From an uncultured virus (IMG/VR IMGVR_UViG_3300027751_000010) (lineage: Duplodnaviria > Heunggongvirae > Uroviricota > Caudoviricetes): a stretch of 64,000 nucleotides of DNA. The notes beneath the pieces were generated by a model. The model ran no database searches and had not been told where the DNA came from. It worked only from the letters and a program-made list of their open reading frames with translations. A program made the position numbers and the translations under genes. This document shows positions 1 to 9,120 of the stretch, piece after piece. Each line of letters starts with the position of its first letter. Within the stretch, counting starts at the first letter, position 1. The DNA is taken from the IMG/VR virus record IMGVR_UViG_3300027751_000010, one strand, 5' to 3'.

Positions 1-45
1 ATTGCCATTTAACTGATCCTTGAGTTAAAAGTAAATGGTTAGGAA

Positions 46-885
46 TTAATAAGGAATATTATTGACGTCTAGTCGTGCAGTAGGACTATCGCCCCAGTTC
101 CATCCAGCGGGCATTGTGGTGCGCAACCTAAGTGTGCTGTCCAACCTATTAGCATCTGCTGTAGCGATATATGCAATTTTTAAATTGTCAGCAACAAGTT
201 TTTCGAGGTCTTGTACGACTGAATGAGGAACAAGTGAAGGCAAGCCCATCTTTTTAGCTTCCTTAATGCCTTCCTGTATCCGCTTAACAATTTCTTTGTG
301 TATAAATATGCAAGGAACAATGTGTTCCCTATATGTGCGCGTGGCGCTAGGGGAATTAATTGCGATAGTAGAATCGTGAGCATCTGCCGCCATCAACGTG
401 CGCGCATAGTCCAGCATATATTGATCGCGTTCTTTAAATGCGACCAAATATCTATTTACAATTTGTGCAGGATCGTACACTCTATCAAACAAAGTCTGCC
501 CCATCACAGGATACAAATGACTCTCATCCTGTACCTGCTCATCAAGCAATAGTTCTTTGAGGGCCGCAACAATGTTGGCTACGTCTGCTTCAGTAGACCA
601 CGAGTAATCAAAATAGATTCTCGATGACTTGAGTGCTCCTGGTAACGATGAAAGGGAATTTACCATTGTCTCGGGAGCTTTTTTATGGTCAAAGAGGATT
701 CGGAAAAATTGTTCGTTGGGGCTAGTTCTCAACTCAAGTGCAGCAATCCTATACGGGTTTGCTGGGAGTCGGAACGCGGTATGATTTTTAGCGGGTATGT
801 CATCTACCTTAGGTTCAGGAAGTAGGTCACCTAGCTGTTGGAAAACGTCATTGAGGATTTGTATTCTACGTTGACTATTGTTCAT
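46..885 (-). CDS. hypothetical protein with C-terminal HNH-like (EHxVP) segment; late promoter upstream
   Basis: ORF track 46..912; start moved to MNNSQ (RBS-like CAGGA); motif TYREHIVPC...MPAGWNWGDSPTARL. Confidence 0.55.
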   Translation of the reverse strand: MNNSQRRIQILNDVFQQLGDLLPEPKVDDIPAKNHTAFRLPANPYRIAALELRTSPNEQFFRILFDHKKAPETMVNSLSSLPGALKSSRIYFDYSWSTEADVANIVAALKELLLDEQVQDESHLYPVMGQTLFDRVYDPAQIVNRYLVAFKERDQYMLDYARTLMAADAHDSTIAINSPSATRTYREHIVPCIFIHKEIVKRIQEGIKEAKKMGLPSLVPHSVVQDLEKLVADNLKIAYIATADANRLDSTLRLRTTMPAGWNWGDSPTARLDVNNIPY

Positions 886-911
886 TGTTAGTTCCTGGTG
901 CGTTATCTGCA

Positions 912-919
912 TATTTATC
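912..919 (-). promoter_or_regulatory. T4-late-like promoter GATAAATA
   Basis: tatttatc on + strand directly upstream of the 46..885 gene. Confidence 0.55.
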
Positions 920-929
920 TTCGCGATAG

Positions 930-961
930 AAAAAGAGCACCTATCTCAGGTGCTCTTTTTT
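930..961. terminator. intrinsic terminator, likely bidirectional
   Basis: aaaaa-gagcacct-atctc-aggtgctc-tttttt perfect stem with A/T tracts on both sides. Confidence 0.85.
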
Positions 962-964
962 GCT

Positions 965-1708
965 CTACACTCTGCTTTGGGCGCCGTCTGTCCTCCACCA
1001 ACCCATAGTAGTATATACTAAACCACGCAACGGATTCTTACTAGGTTCCTTTTTAAGCATAATAGCACGAAGCTCTAATAGTCGCCGGCGGCTTTTCTCC
1101 TTGGTCCCCTCATTCCATTCTAAATCGTCGCCTAATATAATCCTTGTGCGGCTATTTATGGTACCCTTCTCATCTTTTGTGAGGACGCTCCATTCCTTTG
1201 GAAAAAGTCGATTGAGCCACCCCCTACGCATATCTACTTCGGACCCAAACACCTTTACTTCAGACACCGATTGCTTTTTTTCGGTATTGGTATTCTTATT
1301 AGTAACATATTCGTCGTGCATGTCGAAGATTTCAGCAAGTCTCTGTGGTGACACCTTTGATACTACTTTCCGTGAGTGATGTCTCAATAACTTATTGATA
1401 TTCTCCTCACCGTACACCTTCCTACGAGAGGCAATCCTGGCACTTACAGCCTTTTTGCTGTTGTCGTATTCATCACGACACGGCAACCCTAAATCTACAT
1501 TTGCATAATCTACGTCTTCAGAAGCAGCAAACGTAACCCCATCTCTTAACAAAGGAGACAGTTCGGGCAGTTCTTCAAAATTATATTTGAACTCTAATGC
1601 CCTTATCAAGAAAGCTTCTGCCTCATCTCGAGCTTTGCGAGCCTTTATTTCACCTTCGCACCGCATTTGCCAAAATTGGACCATTGCGTCATTAAAATTA
1701 CTCATCAC
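965..1708 (-). CDS. hypothetical protein
   Basis: 247-aa ORF, RBS GGGAG, overlaps upstream gene. Confidence 0.7.
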   Translation of the reverse strand: MMSNFNDAMVQFWQMRCEGEIKARKARDEAEAFLIRALEFKYNFEELPELSPLLRDGVTFAASEDVDYANVDLGLPCRDEYDNSKKAVSARIASRRKVYGEENINKLLRHHSRKVVSKVSPQRLAEIFDMHDEYVTNKNTNTEKKQSVSEVKVFGSEVDMRRGWLNRLFPKEWSVLTKDEKGTINSRTRIILGDDLEWNEGTKEKSRRRLLELRAIMLKKEPSKNPLRGLVYTTMGWWRTDGAQSRV

Positions 1709-1985
1709 ATTCTCCCTTTACTTTACCTTTGCTAAAACCGTTTAGAACCATAGCACCAAGATACGCATCTTTAACACGCTGGGCTTGCCGCTTGTTAAGC
1801 CCGCCAGCGACTACAATAAGTTCTCTTTCAGTATGGTTGTCGGGGTTATAAAACGGATTTTGTGTATTCACCACAGTGTTCCTGGTGACGTCGTGTACAA
1901 AATGTGGATTTCTTGATCTGGAGCGTGCCGTAACACTAACGGCACCACCAAACATACGAACTGCTACAAAATAATCATTCTTCAT
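1698..1985 (-). CDS. hypothetical protein
   Basis: ORF with RBS AGGGAG before MKNDY, downstream of sigma70-like promoter. Confidence 0.65.
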   Translation of the reverse strand: MKNDYFVAVRMFGGAVSVTARSRSRNPHFVHDVTRNTVVNTQNPFYNPDNHTERELIVVAGGLNKRQAQRVKDAYLGAMVLNGFSKGKVKGECDE

Positions 1986-2049
1986 TGTCTTCTCCCTGTT
2001 GGTCATTTAACCATGTGAGGTTGTTAAGTATTTCCTAACTTACAATCTA

Positions 2050-2078
2050 ATTATATAATCATTATGCTCATTTGTCAA
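2050..2078 (-). promoter_or_regulatory. sigma70-like promoter TTGACA-N17-TATAAT
   Basis: perfect consensus on minus strand. Confidence 0.85.
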
Positions 2079-2093
2079 CCGTTTCTTACTTTG

Positions 2094-2144
2094 CAAGTTG
2101 TTGATTTATATAGAGTTTACAAAATAATTGTAAGTCTTTGATTT
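2094..2144. repeat. ~50-bp element with two AAATCAAnnACTT[AG] boxes; inverted copy of 24352..24402
   Basis: aagttgttgatttatatagagtttacaaaataattgtaagtctttgattt matches the reverse complement of 24352..24401 with 3 mismatches. Confidence 0.85.
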
Positions 2145-3094
2145 TACTGGAGAAGTCTTTTCCAACAGTTCTCAGCTTCGTTGAGGTAGTCTAGCACCTT
2201 TGCGTTTGAGTGAGGTTGACCCAACAAACGTTCGATGGTAGGTAGGACTTCATGCTTAGGTACACGCACTGCACCTAAGTCAACAAGGGGTTCTGACCAT
2301 GCAAATTCAGCGGGAACAATAACTGGTTTGGATAACAGCATTTCCATTACAACGTAACCCCACGTCTCACAATGGGATGGATGAATGCCTATAGCCGCAG
2401 ACCGTATAAAATTATACTTCTCATCTTGATGGTCTGCATCGAAGAACTTTGGATTAAATCCTCGGTCTTCAAAGTAATCATTGTGCGCACCTGAGATAAT
2501 CTTTGCCTCATAGTTTCCTGCACGAACATAATCAATAAAGTCAACAGCTCCTTTACGAGCTACGCCCTCTCCAATAAACATTATGCCGCTTTGTTCCTCA
2601 CCCTTTACAGGAAGCAACGGATCATAGTCAAGGGGAAGATGAATAACATGTCCTTCTTTACCTGCTGCATTTCGCAGCATTATTGCATGGGGTCCAGCAA
2701 CCTCGCATCGCGCAATTAGTTCGCGTTCCCTGTCTACATAATCATCCGTTAGACACGTGAGATTCTGACCTATTAGTCCGCCAGTGTGTATGTAATGGAT
2801 AACACGCGCACCATGGGGATTGCGCAGGATACCATTTGTGCTCTGCACATCATTACCTATAATAAGATCGTACCCACCCTTGTAGTTGTTTGCAAACCAA
2901 TCCTCAATGTCTTGGGAGTAGTTTATTACCAACTGCCCGTCACCGTCAAAGACAGCTGGGGGAATAGGGACTGTGTCTACCAATACATCTACTTGGTGAC
3001 CCAGTCTCCATAATATCTTAACTGATTCGTTTATGAATGTGCGAATGCCATTCTGTCTATCAATTGGTCGTGCTAATGTGAATAGTATTTTCAT
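2144..3094 (-). CDS. glycosyltransferase, GT-B/GT4 family
   Basis: N-terminal G-I-x-T...GHQVDV, MFIGEGVARKG, HPSHCETWGYVVMEML (E-x7-E) motifs. Confidence 0.85.
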   Translation of the reverse strand: MKILFTLARPIDRQNGIRTFINESVKILWRLGHQVDVLVDTVPIPPAVFDGDGQLVINYSQDIEDWFANNYKGGYDLIIGNDVQSTNGILRNPHGARVIHYIHTGGLIGQNLTCLTDDYVDRERELIARCEVAGPHAIMLRNAAGKEGHVIHLPLDYDPLLPVKGEEQSGIMFIGEGVARKGAVDFIDYVRAGNYEAKIISGAHNDYFEDRGFNPKFFDADHQDEKYNFIRSAAIGIHPSHCETWGYVVMEMLLSKPVIVPAEFAWSEPLVDLGAVRVPKHEVLPTIERLLGQPHSNAKVLDYLNEAENCWKRLLQ

Positions 3095-3101
3095 AGTTGT
3101 A

Positions 3102-3512
3102 TTATAACACCTTTGTGGGTGTTTTCCTATACCAATCCGGTTTCATTGCAATCTTCTCACGTATCCTTTGACGGATAATATTCTTATCGTCCTCAGATGG
3201 AGTCCAATCAAGATATAAATCATCTGGCCATTGCTCGCGTTTGAACACACGGTCTGGGTCAGGACTCATTCCTCGCCCCTGCATCTCACGTATTAAGGCT
3301 TGATAACGCTTGTGCAAATACTTGCCCTTGTTGTAAAAGAAAGACACATGACCTTTGTTGAGAGTAAAGTTCTTTGGGATTCGATTAACATTCCAGTGTG
3401 GTGACTGCAATGATCTGCGCAGGGAAGACCCTACCATAAACAATTCCCGATACTCTGCAACGAGGTGTTGGTCGTGCAGTTCCGAAGGGTCTACTAAATT
3501 AATTCGTGTCAT
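3102..3512 (-). CDS. denV: pyrimidine dimer DNA glycosylase / endonuclease V (T4 DenV)
   Basis: MTRINL...DQHLVAEYREL...FTLNKGHVSFFYNK...KPDWYR. Confidence 0.95.
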   Translation of the reverse strand: MTRINLVDPSELHDQHLVAEYRELFMVGSSLRRSLQSPHWNVNRIPKNFTLNKGHVSFFYNKGKYLHKRYQALIREMQGRGMSPDPDRVFKREQWPDDLYLDWTPSEDDKNIIRQRIREKIAMKPDWYRKTPTKVL

Positions 3513-3900
3513 TTTCTACATCACTCAATAGGTTTTCTAAAATATCTGCATCAATTGCATTTGCTAGAGCATCAGCTAGTTTTGTCAATAAAGGATTCAT
3601 AAAATCATCATGTTCCTTCTCAATTTGGCTTTGGGTCTTTTCACATGTGTGAAGTGTATCAGCCAATTTGTGTTGAAACATCGCCTTGTCTGCATCCTTA
3701 TATGTTGTAAATATATTGTCATTAACAATAGATATGTCGTGATTTTCTTGCGTGTATCCTGGTTCAGGTTCTATACGCACCATAGTAGCTCTCTTAAATC
3801 CTATGAACCGTTCATAGGGTGTGAGCAGAACCTCACCAGACCTCACGCCATGCACTGTCGCAATATATACTTTGTCACCTACGTTCATTTTCTCACCCAC
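3499..3900 (-). CDS. hypothetical, MNVGDKVY paralog family (1/3)
   Basis: shares MNVGDKVY and IFTTxKDADK with neighbours. Confidence 0.75.
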   Translation of the reverse strand: MGEKMNVGDKVYIATVHGVRSGEVLLTPYERFIGFKRATMVRIEPEPGYTQENHDISIVNDNIFTTYKDADKAMFQHKLADTLHTCEKTQSQIEKEHDDFMNPLLTKLADALANAIDADILENLLSDVENDTN

Positions 3901-4232
3901 ATGCCGTCGCCGGTTATGTCTTCGTATTCACGCTCTAGTAGTTTAATAAACATATGATGTTTTTGATTCACAGTCCATCTTAATTCGTGTATAGTGCCCG
4001 CAAGCTCGCGCAAGAACCATGCCTTGTCAGCATCTTTTTCTGTAGTAAAAATATCACCGGATGGAAATACATCGTAATGTTTGGAGCTCATTGTTTGATC
4101 AGCACGTAAATACGGAATCTGTCTGTCTGCCACATCTAACATTATCTCTTCAGGAAGCACCGGCAATCCAGTTACCTCTGCCTCAAACACACCTAGCGTA
4201 GTTAATACATATACTTTGTCACCAACGTTCAT
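3885..4232 (-). CDS. hypothetical, MNVGDKVY paralog family (2/3)
   Basis: MNVGDKVY...IFTTEKDADKAWFLRELAG. Confidence 0.75.
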   Translation of the reverse strand: MNVGDKVYVLTTLGVFEAEVTGLPVLPEEIMLDVADRQIPYLRADQTMSSKHYDVFPSGDIFTTEKDADKAWFLRELAGTIHELRWTVNQKHHMFIKLLEREYEDITGDGMWVRK

Positions 4233-4492
4233 TGAGTGCCACCTTTTAACTTCAATATAAAACCGATCTTCTCAGCCTCTTTTCTTGTAGCAAAAATATA
4301 TTTGGCTGGTACATAATGCGAGTGAGCAAATGGACCTTGGGGGTTGTCTGGCCGCCGAAGAAGAACACTAATATGTTCAACACCACGATCATCAATATAC
4401 TTACCCTTTTGTATAATACCCTCCCACACGTGGTTACGGGTAATACCGTTAACCAACACATATACCTTATCACTCACGTTCATTGCTATCAC
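4229..4492 (-). CDS. hypothetical, MNVGDKVY paralog family (3/3)
   Basis: MNVSDKVY...IFATRKEAEKIGFILKLKGG. Confidence 0.75.
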   Translation of the reverse strand: MIAMNVSDKVYVLVNGITRNHVWEGIIQKGKYIDDRGVEHISVLLRRPDNPQGPFAHSHYVPAKYIFATRKEAEKIGFILKLKGGTQ

Positions 4493-4712
4493 CTTGTAAA
4501 ATTGCTATGAACATATTCTTCGGATCTAATGTAAGTTGTACGGGTATTAGAACAGAACCAACATGGCGCTTTGCAGAACTTTTTGCGTGGCCAGCTTGAG
4601 GAAATAGGCGAGCCTTCTCAAACTTTTCGGTACGAGAAAATGTTCTAGCTGACCCAGATAAAAACATCCGGTCATCCGGAAAATATAATACGTATGCTGT
4701 TGACTCAATCAA
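4470..4712 (-). CDS. hypothetical protein
   Basis: coupled ORF ending KNMFIAILQG. Confidence 0.65.
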   Translation of the reverse strand: MIESTAYVLYFPDDRMFLSGSARTFSRTEKFEKARLFPQAGHAKSSAKRHVGSVLIPVQLTLDPKNMFIAILQGDSNERE

Positions 4713-5061
4713 GTGTCAACCCCCCAACGTACATGCCATCTTTAATCAAGATGGCCTTGCCATCTTTAAATCTACCATTGTTTCCTCTTTCCCAAATATA
4801 AAGAGCTAGTGGTAACGGTTCTCGCGGAAATAATATAAGTACATAAAATTCATCTAAGCCAACCATTGAATCTAGACGCTTCAAACCAGCTTGCCAGTTT
4901 GGATCCATAGCATTAAACTCTTCCAAAAAGAATGTAACGTCCTGACCTTTTAATTTGCGCAAAAATAATGCACGTTCATCAAATGTATCCCATTCACAAT
5001 AGTCGCGCGGTATACCGAGTGCCGTTTTAAGGTTGTGTGGTAGACATTCCAAACTAGACAT
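4705..5061 (-). CDS. hypothetical protein
   Basis: coupled ORF containing RALFLRKLKG. Confidence 0.65.
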   Translation of the reverse strand: MSSLECLPHNLKTALGIPRDYCEWDTFDERALFLRKLKGQDVTFFLEEFNAMDPNWQAGLKRLDSMVGLDEFYVLILFPREPLPLALYIWERGNNGRFKDGKAILIKDGMYVGGLTLD

Positions 5062-5599
5062 CTTTCACTACTCGTCTAATAATACCAGCCTCATCAAACA
5101 TAAACTTAGGAACAATATCAATATCATAGTGTACGCCCGTGCCCTTGCCAGGAAACAACCTATCTGGCCCAATGACTTCAACAATGCCAGCTTGTATAAT
5201 AGCGCCAGCACAACCTGTACACAATGATGCAGGTGAATAATTGAGGTATAGCTTGCAACCCTTTAATGGGATGCCCACTCTTGCCGCATTGAAAATCGCA
5301 TTAGCTTCCGCATGTACGATCCAGGAATATTTTTCGGGTCTCTCCCAACGACTGTTAAGTGTGCGCTTTAGTTTCCATACAGCGAACGGGTGATCAGGAT
5401 CACCGTCGGGACTTACACAAACGCGCTCCACATCTTCCTCAATCACTCCACGCGGAAACCCATTAAACCCACTGGAGCGCGGCTCGTTGTCTGGTCCTAT
5501 AATTACACAACCAACTTTGGTACTAGGGTCTTTTGATTTGGTTGCTGCGTGTTCCGCAGCTTTAATGTGGTGTAAGTCCCACGACGTTGTTTCACTCAT
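5054..5599 (-). CDS. dCMP deaminase
   Basis: SKDPSTKVGCVI, GFNGFPRG, HAEANAI, CxxC zinc site (LCTGCA). Confidence 0.92.
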   Translation of the reverse strand: MSETTSWDLHHIKAAEHAATKSKDPSTKVGCVIIGPDNEPRSSGFNGFPRGVIEEDVERVCVSPDGDPDHPFAVWKLKRTLNSRWERPEKYSWIVHAEANAIFNAARVGIPLKGCKLYLNYSPASLCTGCAGAIIQAGIVEVIGPDRLFPGKGTGVHYDIDIVPKFMFDEAGIIRRVVKDV

Positions 5600-5884
5600 T
5601 CATTTCTCCCATTCATCAAGTGGTGTAGAAGCTACCCTATCTTCTTCTTCGGTATCAATTATATCTTTTAGCTCGTCTACAGTTATATTATACTTACTAA
5701 AATATGTTTCTTTATAGAGATCAATTATCGAAACATCGAATTCAAAACCCTTACCAAATTTTTCCATGGCTTTTAGAAATTCATCGGAATCGCCCAACTG
5801 TATACTGAACGTCGGAACCATATTTGTAAGTTTACAGTAGAATAAATCCTTGCCAGTAAACGTTTGGTATCTATATACCTTCAT
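5600..5884 (-). CDS. hypothetical, TxKDLF family
   Basis: TFTGKDLFYCKLTN. Confidence 0.7.
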   Translation of the reverse strand: MKVYRYQTFTGKDLFYCKLTNMVPTFSIQLGDSDEFLKAMEKFGKGFEFDVSIIDLYKETYFSKYNITVDELKDIIDTEEEDRVASTPLDEWEK

Positions 5885-6153
5885 CAGGCGAGTTCCATTA
5901 TTATCGTAGTCATTGAGACATATCTAAATTGTGTTGGCGACTTGCGTACCCATGTTTGATAAGCATAGAGTGTACCATCACCACTATACATATATTTTCT
6001 AAAGCCTTTTAAGGCTTGTCTCTTTTCGCAAGCTATTAGAAACTGTCTATGTACTTCTATATCGGTAGTAGGAGCAAACGCAGGAAGCTCATTACGCAAG
6101 TTATACATAAACAACTCTTTGTCTGTAATTGTATCTATTGTATGTAACTTCAT
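5884..6153 (-). CDS. hypothetical, TxKDLF family
   Basis: TITDKELFMYNLRN. Confidence 0.7.
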   Translation of the reverse strand: MKLHTIDTITDKELFMYNLRNELPAFAPTTDIEVHRQFLIACEKRQALKGFRKYMYSGDGTLYAYQTWVRKSPTQFRYVSMTTIIMELA

Positions 6154-6569
6154 GTCCTAATCCTTGTAATGTCTACCATCTTCTCCTGGTCTATGTTTAT
6201 TACATCAATAAACACTCGCCTAGGGTCACCTGCCCATTTATTGGACAGCACGGATGTCCATTGGATGGCTTGTACGTCTTGCAACTGTGTAAGTGTCCAG
6301 CAACGAGACTTATATTCTACTGCTTTTAGCACTGCATCGACGCCAGCGTGTACTCCGCGCTCGTAAATTATTGTTGCAAAATTGAGTTCAGCCAAATACC
6401 ATGTACAAGCAAATTCGTCTATGCCCTTAAACTCATGCATCTTGCGCGCCACTTCCATGCGTTCATCTCTAGCCACATATTCAAAGAATGGAATTGTACC
6501 TTCAAGGTTACACAAGAACAAATCCTTGCTTGTAAATTCGTGAAAGTTATACGGCTTGCTGAGTTTCAT
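6150..6569 (-). CDS. hypothetical, TxKDLF family
   Basis: EFTSKDLFLCNLEG. Confidence 0.7.
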   Translation of the reverse strand: MKLSKPYNFHEFTSKDLFLCNLEGTIPFFEYVARDERMEVARKMHEFKGIDEFACTWYLAELNFATIIYERGVHAGVDAVLKAVEYKSRCWTLTQLQDVQAIQWTSVLSNKWAGDPRRVFIDVINIDQEKMVDITRIRT

Positions 6570-6930
6570 TAGGTACCCGCACCTTCATTAAATGAAATCT
6601 AAATTCTGCTTTACCGTTCATCCTTAGAGCGAGCTGATCCCACGCAACAATATCCATATCATCATAACAGTTGCCGGTCCGTTCATAATATCTGTAATAA
6701 CGAGATTCGTTTTCTTGAGGATAAACTGCAAACCTTGAAAGGTGTTTGAGAATTTCAATCCCTGCTAACGGAGTTTGAAACGCATAAACACGCGGCTTGG
6801 CTCTATATTTTAATGCCTTCCACGGAGAATCCTTAAAGACAATAACAGTCCCCGCAAGGTTATGCGCAAATATATCTTTGCCCGTAAGATCACAGAAATC
6901 TATAGGTTCGTCAGATAGTTGGAATTTCAT
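6547..6930 (-). CDS. hypothetical, TxKDLF family
   Basis: DLTGKDIFAHNLAG; RBS AGGAG. Confidence 0.7.
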   Translation of the reverse strand: MKFQLSDEPIDFCDLTGKDIFAHNLAGTVIVFKDSPWKALKYRAKPRVYAFQTPLAGIEILKHLSRFAVYPQENESRYYRYYERTGNCYDDMDIVAWDQLALRMNGKAEFRFHLMKVRVPNETQQAV

Positions 6931-6950
6931 CTTTGTTCTCCTGTATATAC

Positions 6951-6979
6951 ATTATACACGAAAACAAGACAAAAGTCAA
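6951..6979 (-). promoter_or_regulatory. sigma70-like promoter TTGACT-N17-TATAAT
   Basis: near-consensus; -10 lies inside an inverted repeat 6933..6967. Confidence 0.8.
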
Positions 6980-6986
6980 GATGTTT

Positions 6987-7682
6987 TTAGAGTATTGATT
7001 CGATGTGGTTTAGGGCTGCTGTATACTTAGCGAGGTAGGCTGTGGCTCTTTTACCCTTTTTGAACTTGGTGATACCAACATTATAGGCTTGGACGGCATT
7101 GCTTTTATCTTTTGTACGAGCGTAATATCTTTTGAGGACATTAGCACCTATCTTTATCTGTAGCTCAATGCTGTTCAACATCTCATCATGATCCACACCC
7201 CAAACATTAGGACGGACCTGCATCAAACCAATAGCAGGATCCCTACGTAGTTTGGATCGGGCATTAGGATTGAAGCTACTCTCTGTCCCAATTATAGCAA
7301 GGATATCCTTTGCTTTAGGAAAGATTGGGTCTTCGTACATATATGCAAGCTCAACAATTTCTCTTGCCAAGGGTTTGTCAATTCGATATTTCTTAGCAAT
7401 ACCTGTAGCAAGAGAATCATAAGCCGTGCTATGTTCTGCCCAGTTTTCACCAGTTTTGGGTGCAACACTTACATTATTGTCTGCGGGTGGCAGTTCAAGT
7501 GCAGTGGTTGTAACGTTAGGATTCTTCCACGGCGAAATATCTATGCCTGGCTTTTCAGCATGTGGTAGATTCATCGCGCCAATTAATCCAGCGGTGGCAA
7601 TTGCGCCACGCGCCATTGACTTTATTGGTCCTTCATCCATTCTAGATACCTCTTCTTCGATTATAAGATCTTCTATTCGCAT
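6987..7682 (-). CDS. lytic transglycosylase (SLT domain), probably virion-associated
   Basis: AIIGTESSFNPNA, GLMQV, AVQAYNVG motifs; acidic N-terminal leader MRIEDLIIEEE. Confidence 0.9.
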   Translation of the reverse strand: MRIEDLIIEEEVSRMDEGPIKSMARGAIATAGLIGAMNLPHAEKPGIDISPWKNPNVTTTALELPPADNNVSVAPKTGENWAEHSTAYDSLATGIAKKYRIDKPLAREIVELAYMYEDPIFPKAKDILAIIGTESSFNPNARSKLRRDPAIGLMQVRPNVWGVDHDEMLNSIELQIKIGANVLKRYYARTKDKSNAVQAYNVGITKFKKGKRATAYLAKYTAALNHIESIL

Positions 7683-7722
7683 CGTTTCCTTATAGGGGTA
7701 TGTAAATGTAAATGTTGTGTTA

Positions 7723-7730
7723 TATTTACC
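7723..7730 (-). promoter_or_regulatory. T4-late-like promoter GGTAAATA
   Basis: tatttacc upstream of SLT gene. Confidence 0.5.
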
Positions 7731-7952
7731 TTATTCTGCGAATTTCTCTAGTTGTCGGGAAGCTTCTTCTAGCGTAATAATGGGTTTATTAGCTTCATAC
7801 AATGCTAATAAACGTCTATGAAGGACCTCATCGTCATCTCGGCTAGCTTCACCAAGCTTAACGATTTGTGCTCCAGTGTCAATTAATTTGGATGGAGGAC
7901 ACTCGCGTAAAATTTTAGCAACGAGTATTCTGTTATTTTCTGAGAAGGACAT
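7731..7952 (-). CDS. hypothetical protein
   Basis: 73-aa ORF with RBS. Confidence 0.6.
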   Translation of the reverse strand: MSFSENNRILVAKILRECPPSKLIDTGAQIVKLGEASRDDDEVLHRRLLALYEANKPIITLEEASRQLEKFAE

Positions 7953-8322
7953 GCTTTTTCCTACTGTATGAGATAATGAAAAAGAATGTTAGGCCGAGCA
8001 TTAGCAATGTAAGCGAGCTTGGCTCAGGAACTGTTGTGGTCTGGTGACTGTCCTGCCACTGCTCCTCATGCTGCCCTGACCACTGGTAGCTGTAATCTTT
8101 ATCACCATACTGGTAGTTGTGTCGCATACCATTGTGAGAGAAATCTTCGTACTGCCAACTGTACTGAACCTTCTCATCGCTGTCATGCTGCGTATAGATC
8201 GGCGTAGCGTTGACCGCACACGAAAATGCAAGTAACAGTATCATAACAATAAGTGCGGCTACGCCGTTCCATGTTAAAATCTTGTAAACACGCTTGCCCA
8301 ATTCGTCCTCTAAACCACTCAT
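7933..8322 (-). CDS. PEP-CTERM sorting-domain protein
   Basis: N-terminal hydrophobic signal (..AVNA|TP); C-terminal VPEPSSLTLLMLGL-TM-RKK basic tail. Confidence 0.85.
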   Translation of the reverse strand: MSGLEDELGKRVYKILTWNGVAALIVMILLLAFSCAVNATPIYTQHDSDEKVQYSWQYEDFSHNGMRHNYQYGDKDYSYQWSGQHEEQWQDSHQTTTVPEPSSLTLLMLGLTFFFIISYSRKKHVLLRK

Positions 8323-8341
8323 CTTCTTCTCCAGGTTAACT

Positions 8342-8449
8342 TCATCTCATTATCAGTATCAGGGCACCAATCTGTCCAAGCCCTGGAAAGATAAAACCAA
8401 GTACCATTAGCGCAAGACATGACCAAAATATAATGTTATCAAACTTCAT
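8342..8449 (-). CDS. small membrane protein (35 aa)
   Basis: hand-translated MKFDNIIFWSCLALMVLGFIFPGLGQIGALILIMR, directly after a promoter. Confidence 0.45.
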   Translation of the reverse strand: MKFDNIIFWSCLALMVLGFIFPGLGQIGALILIMR

Positions 8450-8473
8450 CTATTTGCACTATGTACAGTCTAT

Positions 8474-8502
8474 AGTATACTATCAATTAAGATGAAAGTC
8501 AA
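8474..8502 (-). promoter_or_regulatory. sigma70-like promoter TTGACT-N17-TATACT
   Basis: consensus match, intergenic. Confidence 0.75.
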
Positions 8503-8505
8503 GCA

Positions 8506-8781
8506 TTATTTTTCATCTTTCCGCAGTTCACGCAATGCTTCACTTATGTTGTGCCACTCGCTGGATTCTATATAAAATTCCATATTAGTTCCCTGCTCGT
8601 ATGCTGTGCCGCGCTCGTCACCATATTCATCATCTATTTCTTCACACCAGTCTTTATAATATTCGTCGAGTCGTTCACATGCTTCTATTAGTTTAGCTAT
8701 GTGTTCGCGTTCGGGCGTCTGTTCGATCTCAGCTAGGCCCGCATGGGCGAGCCGTTGTATTGCTTCAAGTGTGTCTTTCAT
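8506..8781 (-). CDS. hypothetical protein
   Basis: ORF 8506..8886; likely start MKDTLE. Confidence 0.6.
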   Translation of the reverse strand: MKDTLEAIQRLAHAGLAEIEQTPEREHIAKLIEACERLDEYYKDWCEEIDDEYGDERGTAYEQGTNMEFYIESSEWHNISEALRELRKDEK

Positions 8782-8783
8782 CT

Positions 8784-9113
8784 TTAACGTCCAGCACTTG
8801 GGTCTTTGGTTGTCCAGCCAGTTAGGTCCTTTACTCTTTGCCATAGTGCAGTTTGTTCTTCTGTAGTCAAATGCTCTGTTGACCAAGTACCAGCCATGTA
8901 TAGTGCCCGCAACGCTTCAATTATCTCATTGTCTTGGTAGCTTTGTATACCATAAACCTCACTCCACGTTAGCTCATCAGCAGCCTCAGCGCGGGATTGT
9001 ATCCTCGCAATGGTGTCCCATTCAACTTCTTGCATTTCAGCAACACGATTACTCAACTCACGAACTTCGTCCTCAAGTGCCTGCATCTTCCTATGTAATA
9101 CTACATCCATCAT
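8784..9113 (-). CDS. hypothetical coiled-coil protein
   Basis: start MMDVV with RBS AAGGAG. Confidence 0.65.
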   Translation of the reverse strand: MMDVVLHRKMQALEDEVRELSNRVAEMQEVEWDTIARIQSRAEAADELTWSEVYGIQSYQDNEIIEALRALYMAGTWSTEHLTTEEQTALWQRVKDLTGWTTKDPSAGR

Positions 9114-9120
9114 TTTCTCC

